51,978 nucleotides of DNA, taken from assembly GCA_019310425.1 (NCBI GenBank), contig JAFDEI010000005.1:1-51978 (forward strand). The letters are read 5' to 3'. Below are positions 1 through 8,998 of the stretch, in pieces. Origin of the DNA: Deltaproteobacteria bacterium (GTDB taxonomy: Bacteria; Myxococcota_A; UBA9160; SMWR01). Within the stretch, counting starts at the first letter, position 1. Every line of letters begins with the position of its first letter. The position numbers and the translations under genes are program-made. The notes beneath the pieces are model-generated. The model searched no databases. It was not told the origin of the DNA and saw nothing but the letters and a program-made list of their open reading frames with translations.

Positions 1-164
1 TCGTGGATCGGGTTGACGACCAGCACGCCCGCATCGAGGCGCGCGCGCAGCGAGGGCGTTGCGTCGATCGCGGGGATGCCGAGCTTGCTGCATTCGGCTT
101 CGACGAGTGCGAAGGAATCCGGTCGCTCGGGCCCCGTCTGGCGGGTGGCCTGGAGAATCGGCAT
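1..164 (-). CDS. Partial hypothetical protein running off the window edge, possibly an SGNH-like C-terminal fragment
   Basis: ATG at 164 preceded by GGAGGA. Frame MPILQATRQTGPERPDSFALVEAECSKLGIPAIDATPSLRARLDAGVLVVNPIH is open to the edge. Not in the ORF track. Confidence 0.4.
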   Translation of the reverse strand, partial: MPILQATRQTGPERPDSFALVEAECSKLGIPAIDATPSLRARLDAGVLVVNPIH

Positions 165-219
165 GCTCGTTCCTCCTGGACGTGTGCAAGTACGAATATG
201 ACCCGAGGATGAGCAGGCG

Positions 220-1023
220 ATGAAATCGATCGAAGGCGTTGGTCTCAGTGAAGTGCAAGCCGTCTACGACGGAGCAGAGGGCGACCTCTGGGAGCTGCTC
301 ATGGGCCAGCAGATCCACATGGGCGGCTTGAAGTCCTCGCTGGACCTGGCGGAGCGTGCCGGAGTCGGTTCCGGGCAGAACGGTGTCGACCTGTGCTGCT
401 GCAACGGTGCTGGAATGCGGTTCCTCGTCCGGTTTCGAGATGTCGCCTCGATGACCGGCGTCGATGCCACCAGGACCGTAGTCGAAAGTGGCCAGGCGCG
501 TTGTCAGGAGGAGGGGCTTGCGGGTCGCATCCGCTTCGAGCTCGCCGACGTATGCAAGAGCGGGCTGCCGGATGCCGAGGCCGACTTCGTCTGGGGTGAA
601 GATGCCTGGTGCTACGTGGAGGACAAGCCGCGACTCATCTCAGAGGCAGCACGAATCGTCAAGCCGGGTGGCACGGTTGCATTCACCGACTGGATCGAGG
701 GACCAGGCGGCCTGAGCGATGCCGAAGCCGAGCGTTTTCTGCGTTTTATGAAGTTCCACACGTTGTGCAGCATCTCGGACTATCAGGATCTGCTCGAGAA
801 GAATGGTTGCGAGGTACTGGAGGCAGAGGACACCGGACGCTTCGCCCCCTACGTGGGGCTCTATCTCCAGATGGTCGACATGCAACTGACCTACGATGCG
901 CTGAAGATACTCGGGTTCGACTCCGAAGCGCTGGCCGCAGCCGCAGGGGAACTCAGCTTCATTCAGGAGCTCGCAGAAGCTGGCAAAGTCGCCCAGGGCC
1001 GATTCATCGCGCGCAAGCGTTAG
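220..1023 (+). CDS. Class I SAM-dependent methyltransferase (sarcosine/dimethylglycine or sterol MT-like)
   Basis: Motif I variant VDLCCCNGAG, acidic GVD after strand 2, ADFVWGEDAW, RIVKPGG, FTDW. Confidence 0.85.
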   Translation: MKSIEGVGLSEVQAVYDGAEGDLWELLMGQQIHMGGLKSSLDLAERAGVGSGQNGVDLCCCNGAGMRFLVRFRDVASMTGVDATRTVVESGQARCQEEGLAGRIRFELADVCKSGLPDAEADFVWGEDAWCYVEDKPRLISEAARIVKPGGTVAFTDWIEGPGGLSDAEAERFLRFMKFHTLCSISDYQDLLEKNGCEVLEAEDTGRFAPYVGLYLQMVDMQLTYDALKILGFDSEALAAAAGELSFIQELAEAGKVAQGRFIARKR

Positions 1024-1120
1024 GAGCGTGGAATGCAGGCGTTTCACGCGGCGATCTGGAAGCTCTGGTTGCGAAGCCGCCGACGCGCCAGCCAGGTGAC
1101 TACCGGCTGCCTCGAGAACC

Positions 1121-2011
1121 TCATACGCCTTCGCGTCGGTAGGGCCGGTCGGCTGCAATCTCAGCGCCGCTGGCGCCGAGGATCAGAAGCGCACCGGCGA
1201 TCTCTCGTGAGCCCAAGGGCTCATCGGCGAACAGCGCCACTGTCGTCAGGCCGACCACTATTTCGAACATCAGCAGGATGGCAAAGTGACCAGGGTCGAG
1301 GTGACTGGCGCCGTAGATCGTGAGCCACACGACCGGCAGCATCCAGATCAGAGCAAACGCGAACATCCAGAGCAGGGAATCCGCGTCTGAGTGGATGGCG
1401 ATCTCGTTCCCCGGGATGAGTGTTACGAGGAAGAACACGGGTCCCAGAAATACGAAATGAGCGAATACCCGGTCGAAGACAGGAAGCGATATTCCCCGGT
1501 TGGATGCTACCAACGCGACCGCCCAAGCGACGCCGGCAGCGAGCCCCATCCAGTCGCCCGTGGTAACGGGAAACGGAACTGCAGCGCCCGCCCCGAAGAT
1601 GATGAGCATGCCGGCCAAGCCCAGCACGATCGTTGCGAGGCGGCGAGCGCTGATCGGTGCGCCGAGAACGAACCGAGCGAGCAACGTGCTCCATACGGGC
1701 GTGAGGTAGAAGAGCAGGATGGCGTGTGCGACCGGTCCGCGGACGAGGGCCTCGGTGTAGAGCGCGATGGCCATAGCCAGCCATAGTCCGGAGGCTCCCG
1801 ACTTTCGGAGGCCCTTCAAGGATCGTTTCCCTCTCCAGAGAGCCAGCGGCAGCAGCAATGCAAGTGGAATCATGAATCCGATCGTGGTAGCCCATGCCCC
1901 GCTCGAACCCGTCTCGTGCATCCGGCGGACGGGGATCCACAGCGTGCCCCAGAGAACGGCCGACGCGAGAACGGCTAGATGCGGTCTAGAGCTAGATCTC
2001 GGCTCGAGCAT
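1121..2011 (-). CDS. DMT/EamA family transporter
   Basis: About 10 hydrophobic segments in two repeats; LWGTLW, LLFYLTPVW...GAPI, D...GLAAG.AWA, FEIV...ADEPL. ATG at 2011 chosen over GTG at 2020. Confidence 0.88.
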   Translation of the reverse strand: MLEPRSSSRPHLAVLASAVLWGTLWIPVRRMHETGSSGAWATTIGFMIPLALLLPLALWRGKRSLKGLRKSGASGLWLAMAIALYTEALVRGPVAHAILLFYLTPVWSTLLARFVLGAPISARRLATIVLGLAGMLIIFGAGAAVPFPVTTGDWMGLAAGVAWAVALVASNRGISLPVFDRVFAHFVFLGPVFFLVTLIPGNEIAIHSDADSLLWMFAFALIWMLPVVWLTIYGASHLDPGHFAILLMFEIVVGLTTVALFADEPLGSREIAGALLILGASGAEIAADRPYRREGV

Positions 2012-2032
2012 GAGTCCCACGACGCAAAGAAG

Positions 2033-2266
2033 CTATTCCCCGGTGACCAGGCGCTTCAGATCCTGCATGGCGGAAGCCGGGTCGGGGTTGACGAGGATAC
2101 CGTGCATACCGACGGATTCGTCGACGTCGAGGTTCTGCTGGAGGTCGTCGAGGCCCTTCCGGCGGCAGGCCTGGCGAAAGGCGGGGAAGGGTGAGTCGAT
2201 GAAGACGCCGCCGAAGTCGAAGAGAGCGACCTCGAAGCACTTCGGCTCGTGGTCGGGAACGGGCAT
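2033..2266 (-). pseudogene. HAD-family hydrolase remnant with a large in-frame internal deletion
   Basis: Motif I (LFDFGGVFIDSPF) lies about 12 aa from motif IV and the C-terminus (LDDLQQNL...GMHGILV). Cap and motifs II/III are absent; 77 aa versus about 200 typical. Confidence 0.7.
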
Positions 2267-2713
2267 TCAGATGAACCAGTGGCCGGTGAGGTCGGTCGCG
2301 CCCGAGTAGGTGAAGTCGAATTGGCGCTCGGCGAATTTCCAGCCGGCCGCTTCGCGGCGATAAACGTCCGTGTAGCTGCCGAGCGTGATGCTCGGCGGAC
2401 CGCTGTCTTTACCACGGCCCATTTCGATCATGCTCCAGCGCCCTGTGCCGTGATCGCCCGAAATGTCGAGCAGCGCGTGCTGCGGCAGCTGTACCACGAT
2501 GTCGAAGAAGCCGATCAGGCGCGTCCAGGTTTCGCGCAGGGCTTCGTGACCGGTCGAGGTGCCGCCGCCGATCGTCCACGAGCCGTCTTCCGCCCAGGTG
2601 TCGACCCAGGCGTCGCCGTCCACTGCCGTCACCGCGTTCGCGTAGCGTGCCACCAGCTTTCGAATCTCCAACTCGTCGGCCACGCGCCGGACCATTGCTT
2701 CGTCGATCTCCAT
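2267..2713 (-). CDS. SnoaL-like / NTF2 family protein
   Basis: DELEIRKLVARYANAV...WAEDGSW...GSYTDVYRR...GWKFAER; GAAGGGAGG SD. Confidence 0.85.
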   Translation of the reverse strand: MEIDEAMVRRVADELEIRKLVARYANAVTAVDGDAWVDTWAEDGSWTIGGGTSTGHEALRETWTRLIGFFDIVVQLPQHALLDISGDHGTGRWSMIEMGRGKDSGPPSITLGSYTDVYRREAAGWKFAERQFDFTYSGATDLTGHWFI

Positions 2714-2834
2714 GCCAACCCTCCCTTCAATTTCCAGCCCGGATCATTCGCGAATGATCCGGGCTAGACTGTGCCCATTCCGTTGCAGAGGTCCGCGCGG
2801 CAAGCGCGCCGACCGGATCCTACAGGAGAGGGTA

Positions 2835-3182
2835 TTGATCATCATTACCGGAACCGTTGACGTCGACCCCGAACGTCGTGACGAGGCGCTCGCCGCGGCC
2901 GAGCCCCACATGCGCGCGACGCGCACGCTCGAAGGCTGCCTTGATTATGTCTGGAGCGGTGATCCGCTGGTGCCGGGCCGTATCTACGTCTATGAGCGCT
3001 GGACGAGCCGAGAGAATCTCGAGCATCACTTCGCGAGCCCCCACTATCCCGCAATGCGCGACACCATCTCGGGCTTCGGGTTGCGTGGGCTCGATGTATG
3101 CAAGCACCGCATCACCCTCTCTGAACCCGTCTACGATCCGCAGGGCCAACCTCGAGCCGATTTCTTCACCGCCGAAGACTAG
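2835..3182 (+). CDS. Antibiotic biosynthesis monooxygenase (ABM) family protein
   Basis: TTG at 2835 after AGGAG. IIITG...TRTLEGCLDY...IYVYERWTS...LEHHFASPH. Confidence 0.85.
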   Translation: MIIITGTVDVDPERRDEALAAAEPHMRATRTLEGCLDYVWSGDPLVPGRIYVYERWTSRENLEHHFASPHYPAMRDTISGFGLRGLDVCKHRITLSEPVYDPQGQPRADFFTAED

Positions 3183-3344
3183 CAGCCCGACCCAAGACTC
3201 CCGCGACGCCCGGAGACCGATGCATCGCCGCCTGCTGCGTTGCGATCGTCGGCCGTAGCTGACGCTACGCCCTCCTCACGCGCCTTGCAGTCGACGTGCC
3301 TCGGTTCCCGGGCTTCCCACGCGAGTCTTGGGTCGGGCTGCTAG
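3179..3344. mobile_element. MITE-like non-autonomous element, 166 bp
   Basis: Perfect 22-bp inverted ends CTAGCAGCCCGACCCAAGACTC (3179-3200) and GAGTCTTGGGTCGGGCTGCTAG (3323-3344). Imperfect pairing continues inward; central hairpin CGTAGC-tgac-GCTACG; CTAG at both ends; no convincing coding frame. Confidence 0.75.
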
Positions 3345-5394
3345 CTGGGGCGCGCCGAGACGTTCACCGGTACGGCGCTCTGGAGTGCCATGCCGGTAAT
3401 CTCGTCGTAGTATTCGTCGGCGGGGATCAGGCGCTGGACGTTGCAGCCCTTCTCTCGAACATCGCGCGCGTCGTTCGGGTCGCCCCAGCCGTGCGCGACG
3501 GCGATCACACCGGGCTCGATGTCATCGCTGGCTTCGACCACACCCTCGGTACGGCCGAAGCGGTTCTCGATCACGACGATGTCGCCGGTGAGGACTGAGA
3601 TTGCCGCCAGCGATTTCGGATTCATCAGCACGGGATTGAACTTTCGCTTGTTGCGCAGCGACGGCAGGTTTTGGCCCTGGGTGCAGTAGGACTCCTTCAT
3701 CCGGTAGCTGATCATCCGGAAGCCGAAGTCGGCGTCTGCCTCGTAGCCGCCCGTCGCGATCGTCGGCTCCGCGCGCACCTCGCGCAGCTCTGCAATGACT
3801 TCCGGGTGCGCGGCCGCCATCTTGCGGTCGTCGTGCCCGATCATGTTCGGGATCATGCCGCCCGAGATGAGGGTCTTCTCGCCCCAGACGTGTCCGCCGG
3901 GGTACTTCCGAACTTCGTCGAGCGGGATGCGCGAGTGGCCGTGCAGGCCATCGAGGAGTTCGTCCGCGGTGGGCTTGTGGTCCATCGAGAGTCCGGGGAT
4001 CGCGATCTGACTGCCGAGTCGCGTTGCAAGCTCCCAGAAGATCTCCCACTCCTCGAGCGTGTCCTCGGGCGCAGGGACGAGGGGCGCGGCGTACTGGCTG
4101 AACGGGAACGGAAAGGCGGCCTCTCCGAGCCGCGGCACATCGACACGCTCGAACGGATGCTTGACCGGCATGACGTAGTGGGCGTGCTTCGCGGTGGCGG
4201 AGAGGAAGAGGTCGTTCACGACCAGCAGGTCGAGATCCTGGAGGGCGCGCTGCGTCCTCTCTTCGTTCGAGAAGACAAGCGCGGGGTTGCCGCCGTTCAC
4301 GATCAAGGCGCGGATCTTGCCCTTGCCGGGCGTGAGGATTTCGTCGGTGAGTGTGTTGGTCGGCATCTCATCATAGAATCCGACCAGGCCGAAGGTCCCG
4401 CGGATTCCGCGGATGCGCGAGGTCGGCCCCACGAAGTGCGGGATCTTCGCCGGCCCCATGCCTTCGGGGATGTCGATCCCGAGCACGCCGCGGTTGCGCG
4501 CCAGGCCTCCTTTGCGGTCGTAACGCCCGCACAGACCGTTCAGCACCATCACGAGCTGGGTGGCGAGGTTCTGGTGCCGCGCCATGTGGAGCCCGGTACC
4601 GCTCTGCGCTGCGCCGGTCCGGGCGCCTGCGAACATTTCGGCGGCCTGCACGATCTTCTCGGTCGGAACCTGCGTGCGCTGTGCGACATATTCGAGGTCG
4701 AAGTCCTCGATGGCCTCGAGAAGTTCATCGACACCACTCACGCATTCGGCGACGTACGAAGCATCGTAGAGCTTCCGCTCGATGATGAGCTTGATCATGC
4801 CCGCGAGCAACGTCGCATCCTCGCCGGGCTTCAGCTGGAGGTGGAGGTCGGCGCGGCGCGCGACGTCCGAGCGTCGGGGGTCGACGACGATCAACTTCAT
4901 GCCGCGCTGCTGCGCGTCGTTGAGGCGCTTGGACGGGTTCGGCTGCGGCATCGTCATCAGGTGCGATGCAGTCGGGTTGGTGGCGACGAACATCGCGACG
5001 TCGGCGTTGTCGATGTCGAAGAGGTTCGCCGGGATCGGAGCGCCGAAGAAGCGGTGGCCCGCGATGTAGAGGCTCCGCCGCAGCCGACGTAGACCGCGAC
5101 GGATTCAGGGCCGTGCTCGTCGATGATGGCGCGCAGCTTTGCGCCGATTTCGTCGAGAGCGTCGTCGGGCGACAACTCGCTCCAGCGGTCACCGTCGCGC
5201 TTGCGCGGGCGCAGGATTCGGTCCGGGTGATGGATGCGTTCCGGCTCGGCGCGTCCCTTCGGGCAGGTGTAGCCCTCTGAGGCGGCGTTCTCGCGGTCAC
5301 CCCGCACCGCGATGACTCGGTCGTCTTCGACGTCCACCTCGACGCCGCAGAAGACATGGCAGAAACGACAGAAGGACTTCCGGGTCTCGATCAT
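3341..5394 (-). pseudogene. Molybdopterin (Mo/W-bisPGD) oxidoreductase disrupted by a deletion plus frameshift near 5074
   Basis: N-terminal CRFCHVFCG...CPKG [4Fe-4S] frame from ATG 5394 switches at GCGG|SLYIAG to the frame with VVDPRR, GGNP, AHGWG. About 30 codons are missing relative to the paralog at 22784. Confidence 0.8.
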
Positions 5395-5443
5395 GGGGGC
5401 GGTTTCCTCCGATGCTGCGGGTCGACGTCGTGGCTCACTTCGG

Positions 5444-6604
5444 TCAATCGTGCGGCAGCCCCAGAATTCGCTCGGCGATGATGTTCTTCTGGATGTTCGG
5501 TGTGCCGCCACCGATCACCGCGGTGCACCAGCCGAGCGCCTCTTTCTGCCAGCGGCCGTGGTCGATCGGGTGGTTCCGACCCGGTGCGATGGCGCCGTAG
5601 CTGCCTTGGAGCTCGAGGGCGAACTCGGCCGTGTACTTCTCGATGTGGGCCGTGTGGAGCTTGTTGACCGAGGTCTCGCTGCCGAGTGGCTCGCCGCGGA
5701 TCTGTTTCGTGAGGTAGCGCAGCCCGTTGAAGCGCATTGCGGCCACACGCGTTTCGTACTCGGCGATTCGCCGGCGAACGCGCGCATCCTCGAGCGCGGG
5801 GCGACCGCCCAGCTGCGAATTGCGTGCGAGCTCCTTCAGCAGGTCGAGTTCCCGGAGCAGCCCGGTGACTTCGGAGATGCCGGAACGCTCGTTCGCGAGA
5901 GCGCCGATCGTGATCTGCCAGCCCTGGCCTTCCTTGCCGAGCAGGTTCGCGACCGGGACCTTTACGTCGTCGAAGAAGACCTCCGCGAAAAACGGCTGCT
6001 TCGACATGTTCTGGATCGGGGCAACGGTGATGCCCGGTGAATCCATCTCGACCAGCAGGCAGGTGATGCCGTCATGCTTCTTTTCGGTGTTCGCCTTGGT
6101 TCGAACGAGCAGGATCATCCACTTGGCCCACTGCGCGAGCGAAGTCCAGGTCTTCTGGCCGTTCACGACGAAGTGGTCACCCTCGCGCACTCCCTTGCAT
6201 TGGAGCGAGGCCAGGTCGCTGCCGATGTCCGGCTCGGAATAGCCGGTGCACCACTGGTACTTGGCGTCGAGGATATCCTCGATGAAGCGGCCCTTCTGGT
6301 CCTGCGTGCCGTACTGGATGATCGCCGGCCCGACCCACGCAAGCCCCATGATGCAGGTACCGAGCGGAGGCGCACGCCGGTTCGCCATCTCCTCCTTGAG
6401 GATCGCCTGTTCCATGATGTCGCCGCCGCCACCGCCGACTTCCTTGGGCCAACTGAAGCCGACCCAGCGCTTCTCGCGCACGAGCTTGCCCCACTTCAGC
6501 TGGAACATCTCGTCGCGCTCTTCTTCGGGCGGCAGATTCTCGTCGAGGAAGCGGCGCACTTCGTCGCGGAAGGCTTGCTGCTCTTCGGTGAGGTTGAAGT
6601 CCAT
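5444..6604 (-). CDS. Acyl-CoA dehydrogenase, catalytic subunit of an alpha2beta2-type pair
   Basis: MDFNLTEEQQAFRDEVR, GYSEPDIGSDLAS, NGQKTWTS, LANER, IGGGTPNIQKNII. ATG overlaps the upstream stop (TGATG). Confidence 0.92.
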   Translation of the reverse strand: MDFNLTEEQQAFRDEVRRFLDENLPPEEERDEMFQLKWGKLVREKRWVGFSWPKEVGGGGGDIMEQAILKEEMANRRAPPLGTCIMGLAWVGPAIIQYGTQDQKGRFIEDILDAKYQWCTGYSEPDIGSDLASLQCKGVREGDHFVVNGQKTWTSLAQWAKWMILLVRTKANTEKKHDGITCLLVEMDSPGITVAPIQNMSKQPFFAEVFFDDVKVPVANLLGKEGQGWQITIGALANERSGISEVTGLLRELDLLKELARNSQLGGRPALEDARVRRRIAEYETRVAAMRFNGLRYLTKQIRGEPLGSETSVNKLHTAHIEKYTAEFALELQGSYGAIAPGRNHPIDHGRWQKEALGWCTAVIGGGTPNIQKNIIAERILGLPHD

Positions 6605-7734
6605 CAGAATCCCCCGAGGTCGGCTACGCGGTCGTAGTGGTGATCCGAGCCACCGTACGCAGACTTGACCCATTTCGATCGCTTCAGGTAGAGCTGGGCG
6701 TCGTATTCCCAGGTATATCCGAGTGCACCGTGGAGTTCGATGCCGTCGATACCGATGCGTGTGAACGCATCACTCGCGTAGGCCTTCGCCATCGAGACGT
6801 AGAGTGGAGCTTCTTCGGGGCTCTCGTCGAGACACCAGGCGGCGTAGTAGAGCAGTGACTTGATCGACTCGATGTCGACGTACATCTCTGCCAGCGGGTG
6901 TTTCACACCCTGGTAGCGCCCGATCAGCGAGCCGAACTGCATCCGTTGCTTGGCGTACTCGACGATCAACGCGTGCCCGCCCTCGGCGGCACCGACTGCC
7001 TCGGCGGTCACCGCGGCGGCGGCGTGGTCGAACAGCCGCGCGATCGCGGGCCAGCTGGCCGGGGTCGACTCGCCGAGTACGCAATCTTCGGGAACCGCGA
7101 CGTCGGAGAGCGTCAGCACACCGAAGCGTTTGGTGGTGTCGATCGAGCGGGTGTCGGCGACCTCGACGCCATCGGCATTACGGTCGATGACTGCGAGCGA
7201 CACATCGTCCGGCTGCTCGCTGTTCCGAAACGACACCACGAAGTGATGCGCGGCCGTCGCGAAGGGAACGAAGTGTTTCTCACCGCGGAGGATGAGTTTT
7301 TCACCTTCGCGTCGGCCGGTCGTCTGAGTGCCATCCGGGCTGAGGCGGTCGTCGGCTTCCTGCAGCGCGACCGATAAGATCCGGCTGCCGTCCGCGAGAC
7401 CCGGCAACCAGCGTTGCTGCTGCTCTGCTGTGCCGTTCTCGCACAGCGCGATCACGGCGAGAGTGCAGGCGAGCAGCGGTGAGGGGTAGAGCGAGCGCCC
7501 GGTTTCTTCGAGCAGTACGGTCAGGTCGACCCACGTCAAGCCCACGCCGCCGAATTCCTCGGGGACCAGCAGGCCGAGCCAACCGAGCTGCGCCATTTCG
7601 TCCCAGAGTTTCGGCGAGTAACCTTCCTCGCTCTCCATGATCTTGCGCACTTCTTCGAGAGGGGCTTTCGAATCGAGAAACTTGCGGACCTCGGCCCGCA
7701 GCATCTCCTGCTCTTCCGTGAAACCAAAATTCAT
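6604..7734 (-). CDS. Acyl-CoA dehydrogenase, partner subunit
   Basis: MNFGFTEEQEMLR, EETGR, YAKQRMQFG..IGRYQGVKH, LHGALGYTWE. Lacks the SEP..GSD motif. Confidence 0.92.
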   Translation of the reverse strand: MNFGFTEEQEMLRAEVRKFLDSKAPLEEVRKIMESEEGYSPKLWDEMAQLGWLGLLVPEEFGGVGLTWVDLTVLLEETGRSLYPSPLLACTLAVIALCENGTAEQQQRWLPGLADGSRILSVALQEADDRLSPDGTQTTGRREGEKLILRGEKHFVPFATAAHHFVVSFRNSEQPDDVSLAVIDRNADGVEVADTRSIDTTKRFGVLTLSDVAVPEDCVLGESTPASWPAIARLFDHAAAAVTAEAVGAAEGGHALIVEYAKQRMQFGSLIGRYQGVKHPLAEMYVDIESIKSLLYYAAWCLDESPEEAPLYVSMAKAYASDAFTRIGIDGIELHGALGYTWEYDAQLYLKRSKWVKSAYGGSDHHYDRVADLGGF

Positions 7735-7833
7735 GTCGGATTGTGGTCCTTACAGTGCGGTGTACGGTGTGCGGCGTACGACGTGGGGTGGCGAGGTGTC
7801 GAGTGCACCTCGTCGCTCGGCCGGGCGGCGATC

Positions 7834-7859
7834 GGAATGATATCAGACTGATACATTCC
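7834..7859. promoter_or_regulatory. Dyad upstream of the ACAD operon (candidate operator)
   Basis: GGAATG-A-TATCAG-A-CTGATA-CATTCC: near-perfect AT-rich inverted repeat 100 bp upstream of ATG 7734. Confidence 0.45.
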
Positions 7860-7907
7860 ACGGGCGCGAAATCGCGCTCGTGGGGCCAGGCGCCTCCGTG
7901 CGCTGGT

Positions 7908-8681
7908 TCAGTCGGCCAGTTCGGGCGGCAGGAATTGTGACGTGCTCGCGGTGACGCCACCGTCGACCGGGATCAGTACGCCGGTCACGAACGACGCTGC
8001 CGGCGACGCGAGGAAGCGGATCACGCTCGCGACCTCGCCGGCTTCGCCCCAACGCTGGAGTGGAATGTGGCGCCGAAGCGATTCGTACATTTCCGGAGCA
8101 GCATTTTCGATCAGTGAAGTCATTCCCGTTCGGGTCGGGCCGGGGCAGACCCCATTTACGCGAATTCCGCGGTGTGCAAGGTCGATCGCGGCTGCTCGGA
8201 CGAGATTCACGACACCGCCCTTGGCGGCATTGTAGGCCCACATCCCCGGGTCTCCCCCGAGCCCCGAAACTGAAGCAGTCATTACCACGGCGGCGGCGTC
8301 CGACTCTGCGAGTGCGGGAATCGCCGCACGCAGGCCGAGTACGCTGCCGCGGAGGTTGACGTCCACGACACGCTCGAAGGTCTCGATCGGCAGAGCCTCG
8401 ATCGAGCCCGCGCTCGCGAGGCCTGCGTTCAGCACGAGCACATCGAGCCCGCCGAAGCGCTGCTGCGCGAGATCGACCGCAGCGGCATTGTCATCGGCGG
8501 AGGTCACGTCGCCTACCAGTGGGGCGATGCGTTCTGCGCCATCGGTCCAAGCCAGAGCGTCTTGGTCGAGGTCGACGGCGACGACCGCGGCGCCGGCGAG
8601 GGCGAGTTGCTCGCTGGTGGCGCGTCCGATGCCGCTGGCCGCGCCGGTGACGACTGCAACGCGTCCGTCGAATACTCCCAT
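7908..8681 (-). CDS. SDR family oxidoreductase
   Basis: TGAASGIG, LNAG, YNAAK, VNGVCPG, VDGG. Confidence 0.92.
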   Translation of the reverse strand: MGVFDGRVAVVTGAASGIGRATSEQLALAGAAVVAVDLDQDALAWTDGAERIAPLVGDVTSADDNAAAVDLAQQRFGGLDVLVLNAGLASAGSIEALPIETFERVVDVNLRGSVLGLRAAIPALAESDAAAVVMTASVSGLGGDPGMWAYNAAKGGVVNLVRAAAIDLAHRGIRVNGVCPGPTRTGMTSLIENAAPEMYESLRRHIPLQRWGEAGEVASVIRFLASPAASFVTGVLIPVDGGVTASTSQFLPPELAD

Positions 8682-8998
8682 TCCAATTCTCCTCGATCGG
8701 CAGTGCGCTGCGGTGGCTCGTTCGCTTCAGGCTGTCTGGGCGGCGAGCTTGCGCTCGCGAGCAAACAGGAACAGCAGTCCCGTGCTTCCACCTCGTGACG
8801 CGGGCTCGAGCCGGCATCCATAATCAGGCTGCGACGTATTCAGCTCATCGCCGCGGCGTCCCACGCCTGCTGCGCGGCCGCATGTTATCACGCCGCTGCG
8901 CCCGTTGGCTGCAGCGCTATCTTCGTTCTGTCGAGGAGGTGGGAATCCTCAGCCGGGCCGGTGGCTGCCGGACGGTGCAGATCGCGGGGTGCGACGAC

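Noticed and set aside
5060-5090. Programmed frameshift or selenocysteine recoding in the Mo-enzyme
   Set aside because: No slippery run or in-frame TGA at the junction, and sequence is missing relative to the paralog.
3671-5092. 473-aa + strand ORF, and similar long ORFs at 13211-14944, 16559-17695, 34326-35624, 36125-37696, 41596-43200 and 44042-46009
   Set aside because: Antisense shadows of well-supported genes, expected with high-GC codon bias; no motifs of their own.
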